Shown: piece after piece, positions 27,324 to 35,508 of the stretch
Numbering within the stretch: the first letter of the stretch is position 1
Layout: every line of letters starts with the position of its first letter
Virus record (IMG/VR): IMGVR_UViG_3300043786_001636
Span: 1-57,007 of that record
DNA length: 57,007 nucleotides
Strand: one strand, 5' to 3'
Origin: a virus
Taxonomy: Duplodnaviria; Caudoviricetes
Position numbers and translations under genes: made by a program
Notes under the pieces: model-generated
Database searches by the model: none
The model's input: the letters and a program-made list of their open reading frames with translations, nothing else
What the model was told of the DNA's origin: nothing

Positions 27324-28829
27324 TCACAAGCTCTTGAACTGCGGGTAGCGAGCCGCAGAGATCAGAACCCGGAAACCCTGCATGCGCCCGGCCACGTCGT
27401 AAGTCGGGGCTTGACCGAAATACTGCGAGATGTATTTGCGGTAGACCAGACCGTTGAAGCGTTCTTGTTCGCGCTGGATGCCGAGGCCGTAAGCCCGCAT
27501 GAGAGAGCGAGCCCCCATGACCAAGTTCCCCACGTAGGTCGTGCCAGCCGCCGTGCAAGGCAGGACAGCGGACCCGATTGGGTGAGCGTCAGTGTTTTTC
27601 GTCGCATCCCACGTCACCGACCCAAGGGTGGTGACTCGGATGCCTGAAGCGGCGGAACCAAGACGGGACGTCACGGCCAACTGCTCTCCAGCGTGGTTGT
27701 TCGCGAATTCATACATGCCCCATTTGCCCTTGTCTGCCCCGGTCAGGTTGATCACCTTGACGTAGAGAGGGCGCTTGGCCCAAGTGTCCACATCAAGCGC
27801 GACTGCGGTCGGGTCAAACGTCTCAAACGAGTTGAACTTGTAGGCATGCCCCGGGAAGAAACGGAACGGTTGCGTTTCTGGGATGGTCGCCCAGTTGGCG
27901 TTGCCGTTGCCGACAATGTTGAAGGTCGCCGTCCCTGCCGCAATGGCCGCGCCGAGTTTGGCATGAGGCGCGAGCGGAACCCCCAACGGGCCCGCCATGG
28001 CCTCATCAACCGCATCGCGCTCCATGATGGTCTGGCCGCGCAGGTCGAGCCAGCCGCCGGCGAAGACAAAATTTTCGGCCCCGCGGATGTCCGCCTGCGT
28101 GATCATATTGCTGTTTATCAATTCCTTCTCAAGGTCACCGAGACCAGGCGTCGGGCAGACAAACAGGTAGTTCTTCACCGTGTTGCGACCGCGGCGTCGG
28201 ATTTGCGCGGGACGCACGTAGCTTTTCATGATCTCCTTCGCGTCGATGACGTCGTCGTAAGACAGCGTGTCGCCAAACGACAGAGTAGACCACGTCTTGT
28301 TGCCAGCAAACTGCGTGTTCACGCCGCTTGCTTTCAAGGCCATGGTGATCTCGGTCAGTTCCGACTTCTTGCGGCCCATCCACTCGCCCTGCAACTCGTG
28401 CTCGTTGGACTGGATCTCGTTGCGCATGCCGTTGATCTCCTCAACGTAATCGCTGCTGGAAAGCGCGTGGCGGATCAGGTCCACCCGCACCTGCCACGGC
28501 AGGATGGTCGGAGTCTCAAACGATTCGGCGTCAAGGAAGAGCGAGTCCCCCATTTTGCCCGCTTTCACGTAGCGCATCATCTCCTTGAAGGTGACGACGG
28601 TGCCCCTGCCATTGGCAGCGCTTTTGTCCACTTGAACGAGGTCGTCGAGTCCCGTGCCCTCCATTTGCATGTAGGGATCTTCGTTGCGCTCGCCGAAACG
28701 GAATCCGTTTGCCCATTGTTTCCGAACTGCGTCCGGTGCCATCGACGCGAGGTTCGCCCCGGTGATGGTGTTGATTTCGAAGGTGCCGTTGCCCGACAGG
28801 GTCGGTTGCGGTCCAGGTGTAATGCTCAT
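27324..28829 (-). CDS. Major capsid protein (N4 gp56/DUF4043-like, HK97 fold)
   Basis: 501 aa after the scaffold. Motifs VRKQWA, GRGTVVTF, VRVDLIRHA and F.GG..D..G resemble N4-type capsids. Confidence 0.8.
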   Translation of the reverse strand: MSITPGPQPTLSGNGTFEINTITGANLASMAPDAVRKQWANGFRFGERNEDPYMQMEGTGLDDLVQVDKSAANGRGTVVTFKEMMRYVKAGKMGDSLFLDAESFETPTILPWQVRVDLIRHALSSSDYVEEINGMRNEIQSNEHELQGEWMGRKKSELTEITMALKASGVNTQFAGNKTWSTLSFGDTLSYDDVIDAKEIMKSYVRPAQIRRRGRNTVKNYLFVCPTPGLGDLEKELINSNMITQADIRGAENFVFAGGWLDLRGQTIMERDAVDEAMAGPLGVPLAPHAKLGAAIAAGTATFNIVGNGNANWATIPETQPFRFFPGHAYKFNSFETFDPTAVALDVDTWAKRPLYVKVINLTGADKGKWGMYEFANNHAGEQLAVTSRLGSAASGIRVTTLGSVTWDATKNTDAHPIGSAVLPCTAAGTTYVGNLVMGARSLMRAYGLGIQREQERFNGLVYRKYISQYFGQAPTYDVAGRMQGFRVLISAARYPQFKSL

Positions 28830-28860
28830 GTCGTTCTATTTTTTTGGTTGTACTGCTCTG

Positions 28861-29847
28861 TCATCGGCGCCCTCCGGTCAGGGCCCGTTGGACCTCCAGG
28901 TAGACCTGGTCGTCGTTCGCGGCCTGCTCGAGGAGCGTCGAAAAGTTTGTGCTGATGGGCCCGGATGCGGCTCCGCTGTAGGGGCCGGGACCACGGCCCG
29001 GCACCAAGGTGCTGGAGGCGACAGGGCGACCGGAGGCCGCCGGAGTCACGGAGGACAGCGACGGCGCCAGCCCAAGGGCAAGGGCGACCTTGTTGGCAAT
29101 GTATTTCGGCCCGTCTGCTGCAAAAACGTTGGCGTCGCCCAGGGCTTCCAGCTTTTGCTGCATTTCCGCCATCGCCGCAAACTCGGGCGTCCCTTTGACA
29201 AACAAGTTGGGATACATTTCGCGGACCTGCTCTTCTGCGTCTGTCCATTGCTCGACGAAGCGTTCGTCAGCGCGTTGCTGCTCAAGCAGGTCGGAGCGGG
29301 TTTTTGCCGCAACCGCGTTGGCGTGAGCGAGCAGCAGCTCTCGCTGCTGGTCGATCAGTGCAGAGAGTTTTTCCGGGTCGTAATCATCAACAGCAGTCTT
29401 CCGAATGTCGTCGATCTCGCGCAATCTGGTTTCAATCGCCTCCAGATCGGGGGCGCTTGGTTCATTCGCCGACTCCGGTTCTTGAGCAGGAGCAGGCGCG
29501 ACGGGCGCGGACTCGGTCAAACCCAGCGCAATCCGGGCGCGCGTCAGGGCGACATCGGCCTCGATGGGGCGCCCGAGCGCTGCCGCCAAGTCTGCCAAGC
29601 GTTGCGCCTCGGCAAACACGTTTGGCACCTCGGGGACGACATTGGCGGGAAGCTCAACCGGAGCAGGTGCAACGGTATCAGACACGACCGGCGAAGCGGG
29701 CTCAACACCTGCGACCCGGTGCCCCGCCTGCAGCAAATCTTTGCTGCTTGCGTAGATTTGCTCATCGAATCCGTCTTCAATGAGCGTAGTGTGGAAGTTC
29801 CCAGGATGCTCTGGGACGTGCGTTGTAATGACCTGATCTGACTGCAT
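28861..29847 (-). CDS. Putative capsid scaffolding protein
   Basis: Acidic, Pro/Ala-rich and helical; directly upstream of the capsid gene. Confidence 0.65.
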   Translation of the reverse strand: MQSDQVITTHVPEHPGNFHTTLIEDGFDEQIYASSKDLLQAGHRVAGVEPASPVVSDTVAPAPVELPANVVPEVPNVFAEAQRLADLAAALGRPIEADVALTRARIALGLTESAPVAPAPAQEPESANEPSAPDLEAIETRLREIDDIRKTAVDDYDPEKLSALIDQQRELLLAHANAVAAKTRSDLLEQQRADERFVEQWTDAEEQVREMYPNLFVKGTPEFAAMAEMQQKLEALGDANVFAADGPKYIANKVALALGLAPSLSSVTPAASGRPVASSTLVPGRGPGPYSGAASGPISTNFSTLLEQAANDDQVYLEVQRALTGGRR

Positions 29848-29996
29848 TTTGCGAGAGAAACTGGCGGGCAAACCATTCTCGCAAAGCCTTTTTCTGCGGG
29901 CGGCAGAAACTCGTCGCAACTTGTGCGACCTTTTTCAGGTTTGCAAACAATTTAGTTGAATTAAATTTGCAAACGGGGATGATGCGGAGCCTGCCC

Positions 29997-31124
29997 ATGA
30001 AACCAGTCAAAATTGCGATTCTCATTTGTTCCGGCATTCTCACAGCGTTATCGGTCACCCTAATTGCCGCGATTCACCTCCACGGAAACCATGCTATCGG
30101 CGCCGACGGCACCGATTTTCAGTCATGGGTTGCCGTGGGCGTCACCGTGGTGACCTGCCTGTCCACCCTTCTGCTCGCCATCGTCCTCTGCAATTGTCGG
30201 ACCTTGCTCGGCAACGCCTACTGGCGCGTGGCTTTGGGCGGCGGCGTGTTGCTGCTGTGCTGCGAGGTTGCAACTTTTGCTTGGCTGCGCGCTGGGTTGG
30301 AGCATTCGATGGTTGCGCGGGATCAAACAGCAATTGCCGCGGCGCAAACCCAAGCGTGGGACGAGATTGAGGCGAAATTGCAGACCGCAGTTGCGCAAGC
30401 GCAAGCTGACCCATCAGACGCAATCTCATTGCGGGCCGAGGTCCAGACGACTCGAAATGAAATCGCCGACCTCGCCGCGCAGGCTGCAACGCTGGATAAT
30501 GATGGAATCCGCAACGATGGTCAAATTCCCGGCCTGCTGGCTGCTGCAGAAAGCAGGAAAGCCGATCTTGCCAATTTGGAGTCGCGGTTGGCGGCTGCTC
30601 TGGACAGAAAAGCCTCCGCCGTTGCCGAGGCGGCGGAGGCCCTCCAGCAGCACCAAAAATCCCGGGCCGAGGTTTTAACGGTCATGGCCGCAGCGCAAAC
30701 CCAACGCCATCAATTCGTGAGGTGGGCTGGCGATTTGCGCTCGTTGTTTCCCAAACTCTCGGAGCCCTTTTGCTTGCAGGTGGTGCTTTCGGCTGTGGCT
30801 TTCAGTCTCATGGTCCCCCAATACGCAGGACTGGCCGGGGTCTCTGCTGCGCTGAAAATGCAAACCGGAGTTCCCGCGCAACCGGCGGCGCCGTCAAATC
30901 GCCGGCGGCGGAAACCGATGAACGTTATCGATGGAAAATTCCTGCCTGAGGATCGGGCGAGTTTGCACTGGCTGGCTCAGAAAGCACGCGAGCTCGGTGT
31001 CATTCGGAACTGCAAAACGTCGTTGGGCAAATATGCAACGCGCAATTTGCGCACGCTGGTGCGCAACGCGCAAAGCAATTCAAGGTTCAGATCAGAGTGC
31101 GAGAATTTCCGCCGGGCCGGCTGA
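29997..31124 (+). CDS. Membrane protein with three N-terminal TM segments, a coiled coil and a C-terminal TM segment (DUF4407-like architecture)
   Basis: Hydrophobic helices followed by a long Ala-rich coiled coil. Antisense to the surrounding head genes. Confidence 0.6.
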   Translation: MKPVKIAILICSGILTALSVTLIAAIHLHGNHAIGADGTDFQSWVAVGVTVVTCLSTLLLAIVLCNCRTLLGNAYWRVALGGGVLLLCCEVATFAWLRAGLEHSMVARDQTAIAAAQTQAWDEIEAKLQTAVAQAQADPSDAISLRAEVQTTRNEIADLAAQAATLDNDGIRNDGQIPGLLAAAESRKADLANLESRLAAALDRKASAVAEAAEALQQHQKSRAEVLTVMAAAQTQRHQFVRWAGDLRSLFPKLSEPFCLQVVLSAVAFSLMVPQYAGLAGVSAALKMQTGVPAQPAAPSNRRRRKPMNVIDGKFLPEDRASLHWLAQKARELGVIRNCKTSLGKYATRNLRTLVRNAQSNSRFRSECENFRRAG

Positions 31125-31359
31125 GTTGCTGGTCAAGCACGTCAAGTTGTCCCGGCGCCCATTGCACGACCCAGAGCAAAGCGTCCCGTCGCGCCCGCAG
31201 AGCGGGGACTTCCTCCGGTTTGCAATGCTCTAAAAGAGCGTTTTCGATGGTGCCGATGGCGGCGTCCAACGCTTCCTGCAGACGAGCGTAACCTGGCGTG
31301 GCCACGAACTTCGTGAGGTCGTCGTGTCGCTTTGCGTCTTCGGGCGTGAATCGGTTCAT
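31087..31359 (-). CDS. Small helical protein downstream of portal
   Basis: 90 aa, coupled to the portal stop, at a position typical of podovirus head operons. Confidence 0.6.
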   Translation of the reverse strand: MNRFTPEDAKRHDDLTKFVATPGYARLQEALDAAIGTIENALLEHCKPEEVPALRARRDALLWVVQWAPGQLDVLDQQLSRPGGNSRTLI

Positions 31360-33530
31360 ACGCTGGGCTCCACCGCCATGAGGGGTGATGTGACCGGCGC
31401 AGACGGCAACGGAGCTCCCTGCGGCGGGATAGGTGCCGATTGCTCAAGCAGTTCGATTGCCATTTCGGCGTTCGGCGTTTCAAACAGTCGCAATTGCCGC
31501 AACGTCAGCGCTCGGATCGCCGCTTTGACTTCGGGTGGTTGCGCCGCAAAATCTTTGAGCATGGCAATGGCCGCGAGGTTTTGCTGGCTCTGCGCCTCGG
31601 CCCGGAACCGGCTGATTTCGAGGCGCAAATCGAAATCGAATTCCTCGACATTCGCTCGCTCAATGGTTGCCACGGCCACCTCGTTGCCGGCCAGGTAACG
31701 GAAGGTTTCTTTTTCGTCCATGTTCTGCAGCAGCAATTTTATCGCGGTGTGCGTGGCGGCTTCAATGCCTTCGGAGAGTTGGGCAATGAACGGAGCGAAC
31801 TGTTCTTGGTTGGACCGCTCAAGGTGCCGAATGCCAGTGGCCAAATTAGCGGTCTCAAGGCCGGCCATCTGCGCGTCGTTGCTGCTGCTGACGCCTGACA
31901 TGTTCGTCATCATTTGCGTGAGGAACTCAATCATTGCCTGCAGGTTGTTCTGCTTTATGTCAACGATGGGTGTCGCCGTGAACCCGACTTTGCCAGTCGA
32001 GTTTGGCAAACGAGTGTAAACGTGCCCTCCGTTTAAAGCCACGTTGACCGGGTTGGGCTGGCCCTCGAAGTCGCGGTAGACCGACGGGTCCATTTCGTAG
32101 AAGTAGCCGCTGCGCTGGTTGCTCAGGTTGATCCGGTTGAACTGCAGATCGATGCTGCTGTTGAGTTGCCAGCAATCCTCCACCGCCGATTGACCGTGCC
32201 AGCGGTTGTCCACCGGATTGACGCGCACGCAGTGGAACGGTCTGCCGGGGGCGTAGTTGGCGAGGTAATCGTAGAAGATTGGGCGCATGTTCGCCTTGTC
32301 TAAGAGCACGACGATGTTCTGGGTCTGCCCGCGGCCCAGCGCGTCGTAATGCAAGTAGCACTCGGCGATTTCCATGTTCGGTTCCACCGTCAAAGAACTG
32401 TCGTTGGAGGAGACCTGCCCGCTGTAGCCTGGGCTGTAAGTGATTTCGCCCAGGTCGGCCCGGGGAGATCGCTCCGCCGTCCATTGCCTTCTTTGGCCGC
32501 CTTGGTTGCGCAACAATTCGATGATCTTGGGGAGGTTGTCGGCTTGCCCGCTGCGCTGCAAATGCGCCATGTACTCGCCAGCCACGTCAATTGCGGGACG
32601 CGAATAGAGGTGCGCGATGAATTTGGCATCGTCAATGCTGCGTTCGCGCGGGCTGAGAAGGACGTCCTTGTAATTGGGAATTGCGAGGTCAAGCCCGTTA
32701 AATTGGATTTTTTCGCGGTGGATCAGGCGGTAATCAAACACCAGGTTGGCCTCGTCGCCTTCCGCCCAGTTTGGCAAGGCCGTTGTTGTTGACCGGCTCA
32801 AAACCCGGTAGGTCTGTGTCTCGTCCCATTCCCAGTAATCGCTTGGGAAAATGTAATCGCCGTCATCTGCCACGAGGGGTTCGCCATCCACGTCAATGGC
32901 GACCTCGGCGTATTGCTGGTAGTATTCCGATTGCTTGCGCCAGGTAGACTTGACCAAGGCTTCGCCGCGGATAAAAGCGAAAGCGATTGCTTGCGCCAGA
33001 ATGGGTTGAATTTTGGCACGGTTAAAGGCCCATTTGGTCCAGTCGTCCACCAGACGCGCAGTCTCCGCGTCATCTGCGCCTGCAGGAGAGATCGTATACC
33101 ACGGGTCGGTGCCAAAAAAATACCCCTGCGCCCGGGAAATCTGCTGCTTCACGATCCGGTGCGAAAGAGGAATGTGTATGTTGCTCTCTCGGAAAATGGG
33201 CGCCGAGAATTGCCGCCACTCAAGCTGCATCGCGTAGATCATGTCCCACTTTTCTCTTTTCCCGAAAAAGGAATTCATGGGGTCTTGCTCCTGATTGTCC
33301 GTGCTTGACGCATGCTGGCGCCACCAACCTGGTTCGTTGACAATGTTGCGACCCATCTCCGCTTCCAGACCGGCGATTTGCTGGCCGATGTGGAGCATGA
33401 GTTGGTCTTCCTGTTCTCGCGTGAGTTCCAGCGCTGAGGCGAACACGGTGCGGGGCGCGTCTGGCGGCAAGGAAACCTCTAGTCGGCCAGGCAGGGTTGA
33501 CAGGAACGCGTCAAGTTGGTTGCTTTTCAT
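31356..33530 (-). CDS. Portal protein
   Basis: About 724 aa. FFGTDPW, IRGEALVKSTW, RWHGQS and MSGVS..MAG..LATGI motifs of P22/N4-like portals. Confidence 0.85.
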   Translation of the reverse strand: MKSNQLDAFLSTLPGRLEVSLPPDAPRTVFASALELTREQEDQLMLHIGQQIAGLEAEMGRNIVNEPGWWRQHASSTDNQEQDPMNSFFGKREKWDMIYAMQLEWRQFSAPIFRESNIHIPLSHRIVKQQISRAQGYFFGTDPWYTISPAGADDAETARLVDDWTKWAFNRAKIQPILAQAIAFAFIRGEALVKSTWRKQSEYYQQYAEVAIDVDGEPLVADDGDYIFPSDYWEWDETQTYRVLSRSTTTALPNWAEGDEANLVFDYRLIHREKIQFNGLDLAIPNYKDVLLSPRERSIDDAKFIAHLYSRPAIDVAGEYMAHLQRSGQADNLPKIIELLRNQGGQRRQWTAERSPRADLGEITYSPGYSGQVSSNDSSLTVEPNMEIAECYLHYDALGRGQTQNIVVLLDKANMRPIFYDYLANYAPGRPFHCVRVNPVDNRWHGQSAVEDCWQLNSSIDLQFNRINLSNQRSGYFYEMDPSVYRDFEGQPNPVNVALNGGHVYTRLPNSTGKVGFTATPIVDIKQNNLQAMIEFLTQMMTNMSGVSSSNDAQMAGLETANLATGIRHLERSNQEQFAPFIAQLSEGIEAATHTAIKLLLQNMDEKETFRYLAGNEVAVATIERANVEEFDFDLRLEISRFRAEAQSQQNLAAIAMLKDFAAQPPEVKAAIRALTLRQLRLFETPNAEMAIELLEQSAPIPPQGAPLPSAPVTSPLMAVEPSV

Positions 33531-33717
33531 TGCGCAGGAAGGATTCAATGGCTTGCGCGGCTTTCAAGGCTCGCCTGTAAGCTCGGCCTCGATTGCCGTG
33601 CGCGCTGTCGCCGAAAAACAACCGCAGCCGTTTGCCTTGCCGAGCAAAAGCAACTTGGTAGCCGTGTGGCCCGCGGATGACATGGCTGAATGTGCGCACC
33701 GATGGGTTTCTTGGCAT
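33511..33717 (-). CDS. Small AP2-like DNA-binding protein
   Basis: GYQVAFARQGKRLRLFFGDSAHGNRGRAYRRA resembles the AP2/integrase-type three-stranded DNA-binding fold. Confidence 0.55.
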   Translation of the reverse strand: MPRNPSVRTFSHVIRGPHGYQVAFARQGKRLRLFFGDSAHGNRGRAYRRALKAAQAIESFLRNEKQPT

Positions 33718-33817
33718 GATTGGTTGGCAAATGCACCTGCAAAAAACGCTCCGCGCGGAACTCTGTTGAAGTTGGCGGAACAAAACTCAAGGTTTTGCGG
33801 GTGAATGCAGATTTCGG

Positions 33818-33845
33818 TTGCAGCATGTAAAAAACGTGATACTTA
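33818..33845 (+). promoter_or_regulatory. Putative promoter TTGCAG-N16-TACTTA with extended TG
   Basis: Same motif and spacing as 46136-46163 (TTGCAGC-N5-AAAAACGTGATA). Confidence 0.5.
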
Positions 33846-33852
33846 CCCGTAG

Positions 33853-33907
33853 CGAAACGCTCTTGGGCGTCGCCGGGAGCGTCCTCCCCGGCCTGATGAG
33901 ACAGGAC
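33853..33907 (+). ncRNA. Hammerhead ribozyme, type II, with a loop I pseudoknot
   Basis: C-GAAA (33853-57), stem III ACGCU-CUUG-GGCGU, cleavage triplet GUC (C33871), stem I GCCGGG/CCCGGC, CUGAUGA-G (33893-900). Loop GUCCU (33881-85) is complementary to AGGAC (33903-07). Confidence 0.8.
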
Positions 33908-33953
33908 AACGGCCCGGCGGAACCGGGATCATCAAACGCAAAAGCGAGAGAGA

Positions 33954-34256
33954 ATGAAATATAGAATGGATGACGGGACCGTAGTTGACACAGACCGCGC
34001 GTCAAATCACTGGAACGAAGACACGTTCTGGGACGGCAACAACCACATCAGCCGGGCAACGGGTTCGCAGTGGAATCACCAAACCCTCTACCAATCCCGA
34101 AAGGGGCGCTACTACGTGGAAAGCACGAGTCAATGGCAAGGATCGCGCGACCATGTCGAATGGGTCAGCCGGGAAGAGGCCGCCCGATGGTTACTGGCGA
34201 ACGAGCACCAGTTGCCGGAAGATCTGGCAAATCTCGAAGACGAGATTACTGAGTAA
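33954..34256 (+). CDS. Small hypothetical phage protein (stand-alone unit)
   Basis: 100 aa, Trp-rich, with a QTLYQSRKGRYY..S.WQG..VSREEAARWL motif and a purine-rich leader. Confidence 0.75.
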   Translation: MKYRMDDGTVVDTDRASNHWNEDTFWDGNNHISRATGSQWNHQTLYQSRKGRYYVESTSQWQGSRDHVEWVSREEAARWLLANEHQLPEDLANLEDEITE

Positions 34257-34266
34257 CTGAGTAATT

Positions 34267-34359
34267 TGCCGAAAGGCATTGGCGGCGCGCATAGCGTCAA
34301 CTACCACGGACCCGCGTCAGAGCAATCTGGCGCGGGTCTCTCCGCCTTTAGATTAGGCG
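34267..34359 (+). other. Cluster of four hairpins (3' structured RNA or bidirectional terminator)
   Basis: TGCC-GAAA-GGCA; TTGGCG/CGTCAA; GGACCCGCGTCAGA-GCAA-TCTGGCGCGGGTCT; CGCCT/AGGCG. Confidence 0.55.
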
Positions 34360-34363
34360 AACG

Positions 34364-35038
34364 TCACCCCCGCAAATCAGCCGTCATCTTCCGCAACATT
34401 CTTGCCGAGATGCCGTCTTCGCAGAGGTGCGGTTTGGGGTAAACTTTTCCCCCCTCGACGACGTAGTCGGGGCGCTGTATGTAGACTTGGGCGCTGGGGC
34501 GAGTCGATTTGGATCGTTCACGACGATCGCATTCATCCAACCAGGCAGCTTGTTCGGCTGGCGTGCGCAATCCGACGTGCGACCCCGCGGCCCGGAACAC
34601 CTGTTTGATTTGCGCTGCGGACATGGTTGCGGGGTCGGCCATAATGGTATCGGTTTTCCCGTCGGGTCCGCGCAACAGCAACTGCACTCGCTCGTTCATG
34701 ACCTTTTCCTGTTCTGCGACCGGCAACCTAGCCATGAGTGTCGCCACGCGCCCCCGCAGAAACACCGCCTGTGGCGTCAAGTGCCCTTCTCCGACGGCCT
34801 GCAGTCTGCGGAACACGTCCTGCGTGGCCGCCGGAACCGCAGCCAGCAACTCCTCGCGACCCTCATCGCTCATCTTGCAGAGCATTTTGCCGACCTCAAG
34901 GAGGTCTGCAGACATGGAATTTATGCGAGCCAAAATCTGCTCTGCCAAAGCGCGATCCGCTTTAGACATATGTGTCAGAGCGTAGCCAAGGGGCGATTCA
35001 AGCTCCATCGGAGCCGCTGTCGTGATCGTTCGTTTCAT
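34364..35038 (-). CDS. Hypothetical protein
   Basis: Likely start MKRTITT at 35038; helical, 224 aa. Confidence 0.65.
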   Translation of the reverse strand: MKRTITTAAPMELESPLGYALTHMSKADRALAEQILARINSMSADLLEVGKMLCKMSDEGREELLAAVPAATQDVFRRLQAVGEGHLTPQAVFLRGRVATLMARLPVAEQEKVMNERVQLLLRGPDGKTDTIMADPATMSAAQIKQVFRAAGSHVGLRTPAEQAAWLDECDRRERSKSTRPSAQVYIQRPDYVVEGGKVYPKPHLCEDGISARMLRKMTADLRG

Positions 35039-35255
35039 TTTTTCTAGGGTTGATTCCTGCAATCGCTGCCTCCACATTTGCTTCATGCTGCTCGGCCCGG
35101 CGCGCCCTTGTTCGATCCGTCTGTTGCGCTCGGTGTTTCTTCGAGGCTTCAGCGCGGTGATCAAGGAAGGTCTCGTCGTCCCGGTTCCGTTCATACCATC
35201 GGGCGGTTGCCGCTCGCACCGCCAACCGTTGACGTTCTTTGTCTCTGTAAGGCAT
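34998..35255 (-). CDS. Small basic hypothetical protein
   Basis: N-terminus MPYRDKERQR..WYERNR is common in phage proteins. Confidence 0.5.
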   Translation of the reverse strand: MPYRDKERQRLAVRAATARWYERNRDDETFLDHRAEASKKHRAQQTDRTRARRAEQHEANVEAAIAGINPRKNETNDHDSGSDGA

Positions 35256-35393
35256 GCCTTGCCAAAGAATCACGCACTAGCAGGCTCGCAACGGCGTCCG
35301 CGTTTTGTCCGCACGTTTTCTTCATGACATGATCACTCCAGAGTCAAAACCGCCCTTTTTCCCCGATGACAACAACCGAACTGACCGAAGAAA

Positions 35394-35419
35394 CACAGGT
35401 TCAAATCCTGTACCGCGCA
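35394..35419 (+). mobile_element. attP: attP core candidate (3' end of a tRNA, possibly tRNA-Val)
   Basis: ACAGG-TTCAAAT-CCTGT T-arm, then ACCGCGC acceptor strand and discriminator A. No 5' tRNA half. About 90 bp upstream of the integrase. Confidence 0.8.
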
Positions 35420-35508
35420 TTTCCTCGGACCGCATTCTCAATGCCACGAAAAGTCAAACCTAACAGTGCGTTGACAAATCTGTCCGCAGATTGTCCGCGA
35501 GTTTGACC

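Noticed and set aside
6353-29841. Long shadow ORFs (e.g. 6353-7261, 22877-23983, 27693-28955, 28684-29841)
   Set aside because: They are antisense to well-supported genes in GC-rich DNA and have no recognisable motifs.
34261-34360. HDV-like, twister or pistol ribozyme closing the unit
   Set aside because: The required nested pseudoknots and catalytic motifs could not be placed. It is kept only as an unassigned structured element.
35394-35419. Functional tRNA gene
   Set aside because: Only the T-arm and 3' acceptor strand are present; there are no D or anticodon arms upstream.
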